Below are positions 27,304 to 41,874 of a stretch of DNA of 64,000 nucleotides, piece after piece. Source of the stretch: Octopus bimaculoides. Lineage: Eukaryota. The position numbers and the translations under genes were made by a program. Within the stretch, counting starts at the first letter, position 1; every line of letters begins with the position of its first letter. The stretch spans positions 66,199,315-66,263,314 of the forward strand of contig NC_068986.1 in assembly GCF_001194135.2 (NCBI RefSeq), in the 5' to 3' direction. The notes under the pieces were generated by a model. The model did no database searches. It saw nothing but the letters and a program-made list of their open reading frames with translations, and was not told the origin of the DNA.

Positions 27304-30300
27304 CTAGGAATGTTACCAGTGATAGACTGAATAGTTATCTCACATCTGCTTAACACTACAGAATCCCATGCCTTATTGGAATATCAAATTTATAGTAGAA
27401 TAATATATTAATGTTAATTTACTGATAAAATACGATCAATAATATAAATGAGTCACAAGGATTACTGAGATCTGCAGTATAAAAATAAAGTGCATTTGAA
27501 ACTGAGATAGTGGGAATAAATTAAAAAAAAAAACAAAAGCAATTAAGTTCTTATTGAAAACAGTTGGTTCTGCATGTTAAAGTTGCATTACAGACACAAG
27601 ATAAGATTGACAGAAAACAGAGAGAAAGTGCCAAGATGTAAAAAACACTTTATTTAAATAATCAACATGTTCAATGTAGTGACTATATTTTCTTTAACAA
27701 AGCATGTTTGTGTGGTTAAGCTAGCTTTCTAACCATGTAACTCTGGGTTCAGTCCCACTGTGTAACATCGTGGGCAAGTATTTTCTATTATAGCCCCAGG
27801 CCAACTAAATACTTGTGAATAGATTTGGTAGATGGAAACAGGAGCAAGTGTGTGTGTGTGTGTCTCTCTCTCTCCTATCACTGCTTGACAGGGTTTTTAT
27901 TCATAACTTTGAGTTGACCAGTATTTTGTAAATGGAATTTGGTGGATGAAAATTGTGATGGAGTTTATTCTTTATATATTATCATTTAACGTGTGGTTTC
28001 CGTACTGTTATGGGTTGATCAGTACTTAATTATAGACATTCCTTGTCACTACTGCCATCAAAAATACTATTAATTATAAATTATAAAATCCAATGACTGA
28101 AAAATTGCGATGAGAAACCTAGAAAAACCAATGATTTATGTACTGGAAATTTATAACCAATGACATTTTTGTTCACAAAGTAATCAATTTTCCATACAAA
28201 TATCCAATTAAAGTAAAACTGTAATTTAAAAAATGTTCATTAAACAATAGTTAAACAGTTTATTCAATTAATATTCTGACTGGAAAAGAATATTAACATT
28301 GTAGAGTCAAAGTTAGCATCTGCCTGTGTATACAGTGCTTGTCCTAGCACTACTATGTGCCTCTGAGAGAAAGTAAATTAAGAGTGGGATGACCTTTAGA
28401 AAAAAAACACTATAACCTTCTCATCTAACACTTTTGCTTGTCTAAAACACTATAGGATTTGGTCTAATTATGCTTCATTTCCTGTTATGAATGACTGTGT
28501 TGACAGTCTCAAGCTTCAATATGGGGGAAGGACCATGTTACAATCACTCACAATACACAAACAAAAGTAACAACTTCCTCAAACAAGTAGCAACAATAAT
28601 GTAGACTAAACCAATATATTTGAACAGTTACTCGAGTTTCCCCCCATATGGTGTGCTAATGATATTAAAATTAGTAAGCTAACAATACAATGTAGGCGGA
28701 ATTCCCTATTACCTGTTTCCTTCTTGGAGCAACAATATATGAACAAAAAGAAATAAATGAAAATCAACTAAAATAAACAAAGTTTCTATTTATGTAAATA
28801 AGTGAATAGTATTTTGTGAAACCAAATCTCTAAGTTTTTCACTTTGGGGAGAAAAGAACAATATGGAAAATATAAATATTAATTCAAATAATGAATTTTC
28901 TATTTTAAAGTAAGCTCAAACTCAAATACTAAAACACCATAGAATAAATACAGAATATTAGTATAGAAACACTGAAGGTAAATGAATGCAAATTGTATCA
29001 ATTGATCAATACGTCAGTGTCATTAAAATTATTACATTACATGCCAAATGACTTCCACATGGAAAAAAAATTAGTAAATTAGACATCACTGTAAAAATAA
29101 AACTGTTGGAAAGTAGAAGTTAATGAAGTTTAATATCTTTGCAAAATTCAAAATGAGTAGATAATTTCTCTTGCCCGAAAGTTATAGTTAGTTCTAAAAA
29201 CAAGGTACTCCACTTTCTCCCCATCTCAACTGTTTTAAGTAAATAAAATTATATTTCCAGTTCTCCAAGCCCTTCTGCAATCTACCAGATAATAATGATG
29301 GACTTTTACATCACAAATGATATACAAATGCTTGATAAAAATCTCATATATCGCTGGTACTGAACTCACGTATGATTGTGAGGTGCTAATCAGTTTTATC
29401 ACAAACGACACACTCATACATTGATTTTGCCATCCAACACAACTCATCTACCTTTATAATAAATATGTGCCTTCAAGATTCCAATAATAAAACTATTATT
29501 GGAATCTTTATTTGCTATAAGGGTACATGGATTTGTATCATATGGCAAGAATCAATGATACAAACCCATCTACCTTTATAACAAATATGTTCCTTCAAGA
29601 TATTTCAAACATTAGCAATTTGACCATGCAAGTTGATACCTTAAATTCTTTAATTTAAATTCAGTGCTAATTAGAGTAGGTGTCAGCTATGGCAATTAAC
29701 AAAGGACCTGAAAGTATTTTTAAAAGAATATTAAATTGCAGAATACAATTCTATGTTATAAGAAATAGACACAGTATAGCAAGTATAGTTGCATATGTTT
29801 GCAACAGTGAGCTGTCTAATGCACATATCAAATGGACTTTGTGGAACATGATACTGTAATATTTTTTTCACATATTACCAGGTGCAGTTGGTGATTTGGT
29901 TATCCACACAAGTGTTTAGAAACTCTACCTTTCATTGCACTACAATGCAACAATGTATAAATATACTATATTTTGATATGCCCAAACACACCACAGTACA
30001 TTCATTAATTTCTGTATATTAATTAGTCAAATATGAAAGATAATTTTTTTGATTAAATAGGAACAATGCCAATTTGCTTGTTTTGTTTTTGTTTTTTATA
30101 GTAAGGTCATTGTCAAATAAATTTATCTCATATCACTAGCACTTGAGATATCTCAACAGATTTTTACTCAAATATTTGAAGCAAACAACAGTAAAACACC
30201 CATTTCACCTTTCCTCTACCTTGACACAAAATATAGTATTCTACAATTTAGTAGTTTTTTTTTTTTAACTAGTTCTGGGCTCTGTAAATTACCATGGCTG

Positions 30301-30833
30301 ACACCTACTTTAATTGGCACTGTATCTAAATAAAAGAATTCAAGGTACCAACTTACATGGTCAAATAGTTGGTGTTCTTAGTTATTGTTTTATTTATTGT
30401 CATCAGTCAAAAGACCATGAAGTTCTCTAAACTTGTTTATCACACCCATATCATCAACTGAGTTTCCTGTGAATACTGAGTGACTCTAATAAGTTGCAAT
30501 ATCAAGCACTTTATCATTTACATGAAAGATTTTGAATATCTTGAAGCTGAATAATTATTTTTCTTCAAAATACAAGTAAATCTTATGGGGAAGAAACCAG
30601 TTGCTAAAATACCCAGTTACCATCAACTACCACCCACTCTCTTTCTTAAAAGAGGATCCTGCCAAAGATCCACTTTAATCCTTTTATCATCATGTCATAT
30701 TTCTGTTGAAATACACTGTCTTCTGTTTCAACTAATTTTGAAAATAATGAAGAATCTACTAAAATAGCTTTGTCATTATTAAGTTGTTGCTTGGAACATA
30801 AATTAACTAGAAATTTTGATTGAAAGTTTTCAT

Positions 30834-31063
30834 TTAACCCTTTTAGCATTTAAACCAGCCATATCCAGCCCAAATGTTTTACATGTTTTTCATTCAAACT
30901 GGATACACCTGACCTCTCACACCTACCCTACAATGTTGTTCTAAAAAGAAACAATCACATCAGTGAAATCTTGAAGCTAGGAAGTAATGCATGATTAATT
31001 CAATACAATGTGAATAAATAAGTATTACATTTGACAAAGCAGTCGTAAATACTAAAAGGTTAA
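30834..31063. mobile_element. TTAA-flanked MITE, family B
   Basis: TTAACCCTTTTAGCATT ... ACTAAAAGGTTAA. Confidence 0.8.
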
Positions 31064-31559
31064 TTTACTTTAAAGCAGGAAGTTTGTATCATATAAACCA
31101 GAGTTGCGGGGGTGCGTTGATATCAAATGGATTAAAACACTTGTTTTAAGTGTGCTGTTTTAGTGATTTGTTCACCTTTATATATCTTTTAAAATTTGTA
31201 TTACAAATTTATATCATCCAGGTCAACGTCTTGATTGAACATGGCTATGATCAAAGGCATTTCAGCCATGACCATCCCATTTTTTCAAGCATTGTAAATT
31301 TAGGACTACATCTTTCAATGTTTCTTCCCTTATATGAAGATAAGGTGTGATATGAGGAAGATTTAGCTATGATTTCTAAGTAGACTCCCACATCGGCTCA
31401 AAATACCCTATATGTGAATTGCAAATAACTTAGTAGTTCAATAAACAGAACTCAATCTATTAGGTTCAGACTGAGATAAATACTAAGACCAACATGATCA
31501 GTTAAACTCTTGAAGGTGATGCCCCAGCTTGGCCACAGTCTTATTAATAACATCAGTAA

Positions 31560-32120
31560 AAGAATAAATGTATAACCCATGTATTGGCAATATGCCGTGC
31601 TTGTGAAGACCTGTTGAACTGAGTGAAATTGTAGTCATGGCCAATGTCAGTGCTGCCTAACTGGCACCCATGCTGGTGGCATGTGAAAAGCACCATCTGA
31701 GCTTGGCCGATGCCAGTACCATCCAAATGGTACTTATGCCAATGGCATGTAAAAAGCACCATTCAAGTGTGGCCGATGCCAGAGCCACCTGACTGACACA
31801 TAAAAGGCACCATTCAAGTGTAGCCAATGCCAGTGTAGCCAATGCCAGTGCAGCCTGACAGGCATCCATGCTGGTGGCATGTAAAAAGCACCATTCAAGC
31901 GTGACTGATGCCAGTGCTGCCTGACTGGCTCCCGTGCCAGTGACAAGTAAAAAGCACCCACTACACTCTCGGAGTGGTTGGCGTTAAGGGCATCCAGCTG
32001 TAGAAACCTTGCCAAATCAGATTGGAGCCTGGTGCAGCCTCTTGGCTTGCCAGTTCTCAGTCAAACCATCCAATCCATGCCAGCATGGAAAGCAGGCATT
32101 AAATGATGACAATGATGATT
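31560..32120 (-). mobile_element. SINE family 3 (ending in a GATGAT tail) with an internal tandem array
   Basis: Repeated CATGTAAAAAGCACCATTCAAG units at about 31680-31960, then GGGCATCCAGCTGTAGAAAC and CCATGCCAGCATGGAAAG..AAATGATGA. Confidence 0.85.
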
Positions 32121-32269
32121 ATTATCATCAGTTCTGTTATATATCTAGATGTTATACTTGTTATATATTATAATATTATGAAAGAGATGACAGAGGACTG
32201 AGATATGTGGTGCATTGCTGAACTAAAGATCTGCACACCACAACAGAACTGCAATCCTAAAACCAAGGT

Positions 32270-32520
32270 AGAATGTAAAAAGCATTGGTGCAGGTGCTGG
32301 TACCATGTAAAAAGCACTGGGGTGCTGGTGTCACATAGAAAGCAGCCAGTGCACTCTGTAACATGGTTGACATTAGGAAGGGCATCCAGCTGTAGAAACC
32401 AAGCCAAAACAGAATGTGGAACCTGGTGTAGCCCCCAGCCTTGCCAGTAACTGTCAAGCAGTCCTACTCATACCAGAATGGAAAACGGATGTTAAATGTG
32501 ATTATGATGATGATGATGAT
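32270..32520 (-). mobile_element. SINE family 3
   Basis: GGAAGGGCATCCAGCTGTAGAAAC..GGAAAACGGATGTTAAATG..(ATG)n tail. Confidence 0.8.
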
Positions 32521-34846
32521 GAGGCAATAATTTTGCTATATAAATTATAATTAATACTTTTCTAGCAACAATAAACTCACTCTTTTTTTTTTTTGTTTTG
32601 TTTCTTTTTTTTGAGGAGGGGAAACTTTAGCATGGCTACAGTCCACTGCATAAAAAAATAACAGCTTATGTAATCTAGTTTTATATTCCTTCAAAATAAA
32701 TTATTTATATGTCATACATATATAATTAGATCACAAAAAGAACTTATAAGAGAGTCTCAGTCATGTTGATTAAAAATGATATTCACTATATTTGCAAACA
32801 TTGATATATATTACATAAAATATATTTCATGTAATACACACAGGTTATATATCTTAATACATAGTAACCCAGCTTTTGGAACCCTCTATCCAAAATTAGA
32901 AGAGAGAGATATTTGATATAATGACCAATCTTTCTTGGCTTTCATTATCCCAAAATAGAAAGGTCACTTTAATTAGCGCAATGACATTTCAGCACATACT
33001 GTGTAGAGAAATACAGGCTAATCATAGTTATTTATATATCCAAAAATGGATGTTAATGTAGAAGCAACACTTTATACCCTGGTAATACTAAGTTTCATAC
33101 AGAAAAAGACCTTGTTGAACAGAGAGAATCTCACAAGTGCAACAAGGGAGCCCTTACTTGGTCACTGAAACTGCTAAAAATAATCAAATTACATTGCATC
33201 AGATTACATTCTACCATCCTGAATAAGAAAGAACACATTAGATGATGAAATGCTAAATAACCCTAAAACGATACAATGCACAAAGCTCGATAAGTCTCCT
33301 TGACTAGAGTTGATTTTGAGTTTAACATTGTCCTAAGGCAAACCTGAATATGTATTTATGAAATAAATCACATTTTTAAAGGGACGAGAGTTATAATTTT
33401 TTTAAATATTAAAGATAATTTGATACAAGTGGAAAAAATATGATATTAGCACAAGTTCTACATATATGTCTGATATCACAACTGAAAAGTGAGGTCATAA
33501 AGGTTTCATTCATTGACTTTTATTTTTAAAAAGTTAATAGATGAAGGGGAGTTAGAGGAGCTTTACACATCCAATAGTGGTCTCATTTCTTAGTCTTTTA
33601 CAACATTGCCAAATACTAAGTTAGTTACTTCAGAATGAGCAAGCAAGGGTAAAATTATACTTCAGCTGATAAGAGTTAAAACCACCCAACAAAAAAAAAA
33701 ATGTGTTTTCTCTAGTTTGCCAACAGAATAACATCAATAATGTTAACTAAGCTCCAATACATCTATCCTTGCTTATCACGAAGATAAACAGTTATCATCT
33801 CCATGCATTTTGTAAATGGAACAAATGGTAGAGTCACTGATGCCAAACTCATGGCCCACAGCTGCAAAGATTCCACCCTTATGCATTTTCTTAATCATAT
33901 CTACCTTTTCCTGCATCATTTGTTAGGATCAGGTGCTTTTATAGTTTTTCTGTTCTTTGGTGGATGCTAACAAGTACATAAATCTATATAAAAAAATATG
34001 CAGTCAGTGCATTCTGGGTAGTTGAGTATTGTGGATAGCCAATGAGGCATGCTTTTGTGGTACAAGTGAAATGTTTGACTGATTACTGACTCATGTCATC
34101 ACAGATCAATCCATGGTATGTATAACATGTCTCACAATTTAGAGTAATATGTTACTTTGAATCAGTAATAAATTAATCCATAAATAATGATGGATGTGCT
34201 GTATGTAATACTACTGTAGATTTTTGATGATGAAACATCAGAAGCAATGAAACCCACCACTTTATACTTAATTAGCCATAAAGTTTTAGAATTAGAGCAA
34301 AAAAAATGTTAAAATTATTAGTCCTTCCCAAAAGCATTAGCATTACTTGAGGACAAAGCTTTTAATATAAATAATAAAGATTCCATTTGTTATTTAGCAG
34401 CTGAAATGACGAAATAATATCTCAAACAGTGAAACAAATCTCTGTAGGTGTGTTTTGTAGTTGCTTATTTATTTTTCATTCTAGTTAGTTAACATTAACC
34501 TACAGAGACAAGAAACCAGTTTTTCTCTCAGTATATGTACACTAACACACATTGCACTTCACATAGTTATATGGTATTGTGAAACAGGGTTAATCCCAGA
34601 CCAGGCAAACCACCTAAGACATTCTAATCTCCCCCACCCATCCCTGGAATAGTGTATCCTGAATTATACTATGCAATGTGTGTTTTTTTAAGACAGTAGA
34701 ATATAATATAAGTGGGATTTGGTGGTTGTTTTATAATAGTTTGAGTGAAAACTTAAAAGCTTTAAGTATTTATTATAACAGGATTTGGTATCTATTTGTA
34801 AACCACAGAACAGCATCTTATGTGAAGGTTTTCTGCTACCACATAC

Positions 34847-34883
34847 CTCACACTAGGCCAAAGTAGAACTACTAAACCTTCAT
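34847..34883 (-). CDS. Candidate 37-nt exon (xEGLVVLLWPSV)
   Basis: Minus strand reads caagatttcag|ATGAAGG..GTGTGAG|gtatgt; only one frame is open. No homology evidence. Confidence 0.2.
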
Positions 34884-35238
34884 CTGAAATCTTGACCTTT
34901 GTGTAACTCTGGATTTTAAGAAAATGAAACTTTTATACAAAAATGCTTACACATAAATTTTCCATTTAAATTCAGGTATTGTCATTAGAGCATCGTCTCT
35001 TCTTGGCACAAATCTTTATAACTTATGACAAGTGTGGAAGTGAGAAGTTGAGACTTGTTTCTCCTAAAGCCATTGGCACAAATGAATTTATCCTAACTGG
35101 AAATTGGAACCACGACACGGAATATACATGAACACACAAAATGTATATCATGCAGGGTACTTTTGTTAAGTGTCCCTTGGTGCTTATATGCAATTAAAAT
35201 AAATACATTCATCAATGTGTAGAAAAGTAATAAATGAT

Positions 35239-35658
35239 TTAACCCTTTAGCATTCAGATTTCTTTGTCAAATGTATTGCTTATTTATTTACACTGATTTG
35301 AATTACTCATGCATCATCTTACAGCTTCAAGATTTCAATGGTATATTTTTATAATTTTAGAATGATATATCAGTATAAGTCTTAGAGATTGGATCTGGCT
35401 AGTTTTAACATAAAACATGTTGAACATTTGGGCCAGATCAAATGCTAAACTGGCCATATCCAGCCTAAATATTTTTCCTGTTCTATGTTCAAACCAGCTA
35501 GATGCAGCCTTCCACACCTACCCTACAATGTCCTTCTAAAAATAAGCAATCATATCATGAAAATCTCAAAGCTACAACATAAATGCACAGTTAATTCAGA
35601 GCAATGTGAATAAATAAGCATTACATTTGACAGAATAATCTGAATGCTAAAGGGTTAA
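35239..35658. mobile_element. Composite TTAA-flanked MITE, family B (about double length)
   Basis: TTAACCCTTTAGCATTCAGA ... TCTGAATGCTAAAGGGTTAA termini, with two family-B halves inside. Confidence 0.8.
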
Positions 35659-38183
35659 TGGCAATTTCCTGCTAGCAAACTGTGGCCCAATTATCATTTG
35701 AATTTTACTGTCTTTAGAGAAGGCATGAACATCACATGGCATTGCGTGCCTGTGGCAGAAATCTTAAAAACCAAAATGAAAAGAAAGAGAAACTATAGAA
35801 AATTGTCAACATTCCAAAGCTGAACAATTTTAAACATTGTCTACACAAATAAATAATGAAAAATAATAAAATTGAACCACTTAAACCTATAACAGATTAA
35901 AAGAGGGATGTAACAACTGCAAACTAAAGTTTAATTGAAGGTTCTATTTGTTGAAACAATAATTAGATAACCTGTAAAACTGGAAACAATTAACAAAACA
36001 TTAATTAAGGAATTAACTGAAGAGATGGCATGAGAGTTTTTGACACCAATGATGTCAATAGTAAGAGAAGAAAAACAATACTGTTCTTTGGCAGGTGGCT
36101 TCATTATATGTTTATTGTTGATGTTCAAATCCAGGTCTTGCTCTACACAATTAAAACACTGCAGTCATAAACAACCCATCTATTATTGCAGACAGTGTGT
36201 CTTACATTATCCAATATCCAATCTATGCCAGTGTGATAAAATAGACATATAATAATGATGTCTTCCCTTTTAAAAAAAAACTGTGTAATGTGAGAGCAAT
36301 TTCGCAACCATTTTAAGCAAATGAAATGACAATATAAATGTACCCTCTTTAACTCCATTATTATTGGGTTACAATCATTTAGGTCAATCCTGACTCGATA
36401 GCCTTATGACCATTCCATCTGCATTTTTTTTTCTTTCTGAAGTGGAAGGATTTAACATTACATTGTATGTATCTTTCCCCTTTTTTTTATTTTTAAGATA
36501 GAATATGTTTTGAGAGAGATTTGACTGCTATTTCTGGCAGTTCAAATAACCACAATGTACTTCAGAGTCCCATTATATTGTGATTTGAGGGCAATTTAGC
36601 TGCTACTTTTAGCAGGTTGAGCAATCACATAGAGAACCCCACCCGTCATTGGCTCAGCAAAAGCTGATGATGGTGGATTTCTACCATTTGACAACTCATT
36701 TGTTCAATCCACTGAATTATCTACTGTGGCTGAGTATTCCACAGTCCTGGGTACCCATAACATAATTGTTAGAATCAGCATGTTGTAGTGTATAAAACAA
36801 GGATGTACCTCTTGAATTACAGGTACAATCCACCCAATGAGCTTCTATGCAGTTTCTGTCTACCCACTTTAATCACAAAGTATGGGCCAACCCATGGCTA
36901 AAGGAACTGACATTTGCCCAAAATGACCCTAGACCTTATCTTTGTGAAATGAACTTCTTAACCTGTCAGTCATTCTGTATCTGTGCTCAGCAAACAATTA
37001 TGAAATAATCAAGAATACTCAAGTTTATATGCATAATAAACAGCTATGTTTATAATACTAATAATATTTTGTTTCACTTTCCATCTTCTTAGGGTCAGCT
37101 TTGCTTGTCATTCACAATCAGTAAAATTGCAAAATAACCTAACTCACTATAACTTTCATTTTACAAAAAGAAAAGGGCTTTGCTACAAAGTAACTGCTCA
37201 TATATACATAAATTCAAATGCATACAGATTATCACAATTACCCTAAGGTCTGATACGCACAAGTAAAACGATGCTTTACCAAAAATCAAACCCTTTCCTT
37301 GCTGCATCTCCCTATTCAATTTTTAATCAATTAGGAATTCAGAGTTGTCTTTCTTGTCTTTCTTAACAAAAAATATCACTAATGTATGTCAATGTTCTTT
37401 CTTTTCATTACAAGCATACTTTTAATTGATTCAACTGTCTTCTAAGGCTTTCTAAGTTAAGCAGGATGGCTCCCACTTAAGCATAGAAACACTGTCAAAA
37501 CAGATTCACATACCAAGTTACATCCATGCAAACTGCTAGAAAAAATAAATAAATAAATAAATAAAACATTCACTGAAGCACAATTACTCAAACACAACCA
37601 CTAAATTGACAAATGAATTAATATCTCACAACACTTCAGTAATGAGAATAATTACTTTAACATTAAAGGATATAATTAAGATTTGCTAAGCACTGTAGGG
37701 GAAGGAAAGTGAGCAATCATATTTAGGAGTGGTTGACTCATGTCATCATGTACACATAGCAAACCATATTCAGAGAGAAAAAAGTCATTATGAGCAACAA
37801 AATATTCCATCAACTTTGTCACCCTACATCTAGCTTTACATACATTGTTAATGTACACTTACCTTGATTTCATCTTGGGGTCCTACACCAAATATTAATT
37901 ATAATCATTAGTCTATACAGCTATTCTTCCTATTACAATCAATTACCCACCACTTGAGCCATTGAAAGAGCTTCACCATGGTCACTTGACTTGCTAGAAA
38001 TTACAACCAAATCTCCATTAAACTTCACCAAACCATCTTAAAAAAGAACACTGGATAATGTAACACTGGGTGTTGTATGCTTAAAAAATAAAAATAGAAA
38101 GTTACAACTGGAATACTTTTGACCATAAATTATTTTTCTTGCTTAGCCTAATGTCAGCTTTTTGGATCAAGAGTAACATGGGG

Positions 38184-38422
38184 TTAACCCTTTGCCTGTC
38201 AAAAGCATTTTCATAAGTTTGTCCTATTACATTCATACTTGTTTTCAGATTTTTAGTTAGCCCTTGTTTCATACATTTTGAGTAATATAAAGTTTTTCTT
38301 TCATAAATCACAAGATACTTTGGTGGTTGAAAAAAAAACTTAGAATATGTATCATATACGATGCATGGATGCCAAGGTAATATGCCTTGTGTATGAGACA
38401 CACGAGACAGGCAAAGGGTTAA
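38184..38422. mobile_element. TTAA-flanked MITE with perfect TIRs
   Basis: TTAACCCTTTGCCTGTC / GACAGGCAAAGGGTTAA is a perfect 17-bp inverted pair that includes the TTAA. Confidence 0.85.
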
Positions 38423-39259
38423 AGAACAGAAAAAACTTCAACCCTTTAAGAGTAACGCTAAATAGGGTAATAAGTTTTACAGAAATAGTGGAAAACCAGG
38501 CTAAATGCAGTACACTATTTAAGGGTATAACTATGCATTCTACCCCTAAAGGCTCAGTAAAATACTGGCAAACATTGGGATCAATTATATCAACTGTACT
38601 CATTCTCTAAACAATTCTTGTGTCCAGCTGAAAAGAAAATCAATAGTGACACTAAATGTTCTTTAAATCAAATGTTAAATGACAGAATGACAGATCAGAC
38701 TCAATTGTACAGACCTATCTATGGTCAAGTACTTTTCTGTACTATTTTGTAGTCTATTAAAAAAGTGCTCATAAAACTACAATATTCGAATATGTCCTTC
38801 CTATTTTAAGATATTAAGGTGTTATTTGAGAGAGATTTGGTGGTTGTTTCTAGCAGGTAGGATGATCATGTAGAGCAATGATTCACAAACAGATTACTAA
38901 TACTTTAAAGTTTTACAACTCTTTGAAAAACCAATTATGGCAAAACTTAAATCATATCAGGACAAGGAAGCTCATAGTTGTGGCTGATGCTGGTGTCACA
39001 TAACTGGTAGCATGTCAAAAGCACTCACTACACTCTTGGGGGGATTGGCATTAGGAAGAGCATCCAGCCATAAAAAAAACCATACCAAATCAGATTGGAA
39101 CCTGGTACAACTCCCTGGCTTATCAGTTCTCTGTCAAACCATCCAACCCATGCCAGCATGGAAAACAGATGTTAAATGCACTTATTAAAAGGTTAAAATA
39201 TATTCTTTCCAATTCATTGTTTTACTTCATGCACGATCTACACTAAAATATTTTTATAT

Positions 39260-39517
39260 GCATCATCATCATCATCGTTTAACGTCCGCTTTCCATGCTA
39301 GCATGGGTTGGACGATTTGACTGAGGACTGGTGAAACCGGATGGCAACACCAGGCACCAATCTAAATTTGGCAGAGTTTCTACAGCTGGATGCCCTTCCT
39401 AACGCCAACCACTCAGAGAGTGTAGTAGGTGCTTTTACGTGTCACCCGCACGAAGGCCAGTCAGGCGATACTGGCAATGGCCACGCTCGAAATGGTGTCT
39501 TTCATGTGCCACCCGCA
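39260..39517 (-). mobile_element. Young SINE family 3 copy running into a gap
   Basis: (CAT)n CGTTTAACGTCCGCTTTCCATGCTAGCATGGG..CTACAGCTGGATGCCCTTCC with CpGs retained. The strand is assigned from the tail position. Confidence 0.9.
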
Positions 39518-39989
39518 NNNNNNNNNNNNNNNNNNNNNNNNNNNNNNNNNNNNNNNNNNNNNNNNNNNNNNNNNNNNNNNNNNNNNNNNNNNNNNNNNNN
39601 NNNNNNNNNNNNNNNNNNNNNNNNNNNNNNNNNNNNNNNNNNNNNNNNNNNNNNNNNNNNNNNNNNNNNNNNNNNNNNNNNNNNNNNNNNNNNNNNNNNN
39701 NNNNNNNNNNNNNNNNNNNNNNNNNNNNNNNNNNNNNNNNNNNNNNNNNNNNNNNNNNNNNNNNNNNNNNNNNNNNNNNNNNNNNNNNNNNNNNNNNNNN
39801 NNNNNNNNNNNNNNNNNNNNNNNNNNNNNNNNNNNNNNNNNNNNNNNNNNNNNNNNNNNNNNNNNNNNNNNNNNNNNNNNNNNNNNNNNNNNNNNNNNNN
39901 NNNNNNNNNNNNNNNNNNNNNNNNNNNNNNNNNNNNNNNNNNNNNNNNNNNNNNNNNNNNNNNNNNNNNNTATATATAAGCAAGCTTAC

Positions 39990-40026
39990 ATACAGAAGTT
40001 TCTTCCATGAAGATATATGCAAACTT
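39990..40026 (-). CDS. Candidate 37-nt exon
   Basis: Minus strand reads ttttctcccttgaag|AAGTTTGC..CTGTAT|gtaagc. All three frames are open, so the product is undetermined. Confidence 0.2.
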
Positions 40027-41841
40027 CTTCAAGGGAGAAAAAAAAAGAGGGTGTGAATGTATGCATCCTCAATTTGGGGAAGAAGATTTCATTGACTGCA
40101 AAAACCATTCTAAATTTTTGTTTTTGTTTTTTTTGTTATGGGAAAGAGTATTTTTCCCTTTGCTTCAACCTACTTTTCTTTTTTTTTTAACAGCAACTAA
40201 GGAACAGTAGTAGGATAGATAGGTCAAGAAGCCAGCTACCCAACCCTGTTTCAAAGAATTCCTGAGTCATCATTTGGCATGATCTAGATAGAGATGAGAA
40301 ATTTGACTCCTTCAGCTTTGCAACAAGAGAAGTAATACAACTACAGATGTGTATATAGAGAATTCAAACTTATTCTGGAATAAAATAAACATTTAAGATC
40401 AAAGCTGTCTCCTCAGAGAACTCAACAGAAATCAACAAGTCTAGGTTTTATAACTTTCCCAATTTCTGTTATCTAGGGAGTTTTATTTAAAACCTTTTTA
40501 TGAAACCGTTTTAGGTAAAATATACAGAACTTGTTGATATCAGGGAGACAAAGAAAAGTAAAACCAAAAAAAAAATAATGAGAAAACTGAAATGAGTCAT
40601 ACAACACTGAGGAAAAAGAAAAATAAGTGTATCAAAATATAGAGAAAATTTCAGAAATTTTCATCAGACCACTGAAGCTACAAGAGGAAGTGCAATTAAG
40701 AGTTTCTGAGTGTGTACATGATTCAGCAAAGATGTCTTGATGTTTTTATCTTAGTTAGTACAGTAGAGAAGAGTTAGAGATACAATAAACATTTTAGAAA
40801 ATGTAGTTATCAATGATACTTTTAAGACCACCAAAAAGCAAGATGTAGGCTTCTGTCAATTAATGGGGAGGGGAACCTGCATTGCTCCATCTGTTAGAAA
40901 TAGCAACCAAATCTCCTTCACATTACACCCTCTGTATTAAATAATCCTTTCTACAATAGGCACAAGGCCTGAAATTTTGGAGGGTGGGGCTTGTCAATTG
41001 CATCAACCCCAGTGCTCAACCTGTACTTATGGAAAAGGTTCCACTACGCATTTTGTCCAGCATGCTAATGATTCTGCCAGCTTGCTGCCTTCTCTATTTT
41101 AAATAATCCAATGTAATATAGTTACTGATGTACAAAAATATAATGTAGTTAAGGCTGGAAAGGCTGGAAAGACTTTGATCATTGCCCTTCATTGTAGTTG
41201 GATGAGCCCAAGGAGTCATTCAAGCAGCAATGGATCGGAAAGTGTGGAATAACATCACCACCAGAATACATCATATAGCAGCATGCTGGCTCAGGGGACA
41301 GCCTCCTCCTCCAGTCACCAGCTCAGGATTTTACTTTACTTACTAGTGACACTGATGTCATCAGAGAAAAATATGTCTCACTTTCAGCGAACCTCTTATG
41401 AAATCAACATTATGTATTTAGTGTACAACCAGAAAATTAATGCAGAAGACAAATCATCATCCTCATCCTCATCATTTAACATCTATTTTCCATGCCAGCA
41501 TGAACATTTTAGATCAAATGACTTAAAACTTTCTTTGTCCCTTTCTTTGTAGATTTTATTCCCTTTCCATGACTTCACTTAATCACTAAAAGATTTACAA
41601 TTAGAAAAGTTATAAATGGTAACCATTATAAAATTTGTTACAATTCTAAAAGATTTTTAACATCTAAGGATTACAAATATCAGAAAAGGGAAACAGAGTT
41701 AAAGGCCGTCAGATTTCCATTTATGAATGTCAACCAAATAATTGTCTTCATCTCGGATTTCAAAATTCTCCAGAGAAATCTTTCTGCAAACATTATGGCT
41801 ATTGATTGTACAACTACATTTTAACCCCAAGAATCATTTAC

Positions 41842-41874
41842 CCTTGTTGACAAAGATGATCTTTAAAACATGAT
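41842..41874 (-). CDS. Candidate 33-nt exon (xHVLKIIFVNK or SCFKDHLCQQG)
   Basis: Minus strand reads tgtgttttatctag|ATCATG..ACAAGG|gtaaat, with strong signals. The frame is ambiguous. Confidence 0.25.

Noticed and set aside
29387-29433. Minus-strand MAKSMYECVVCDKTD* resembling a C2H2 finger start
   Set aside because: It stops before the F/L/H residues and there is no second finger or linker.
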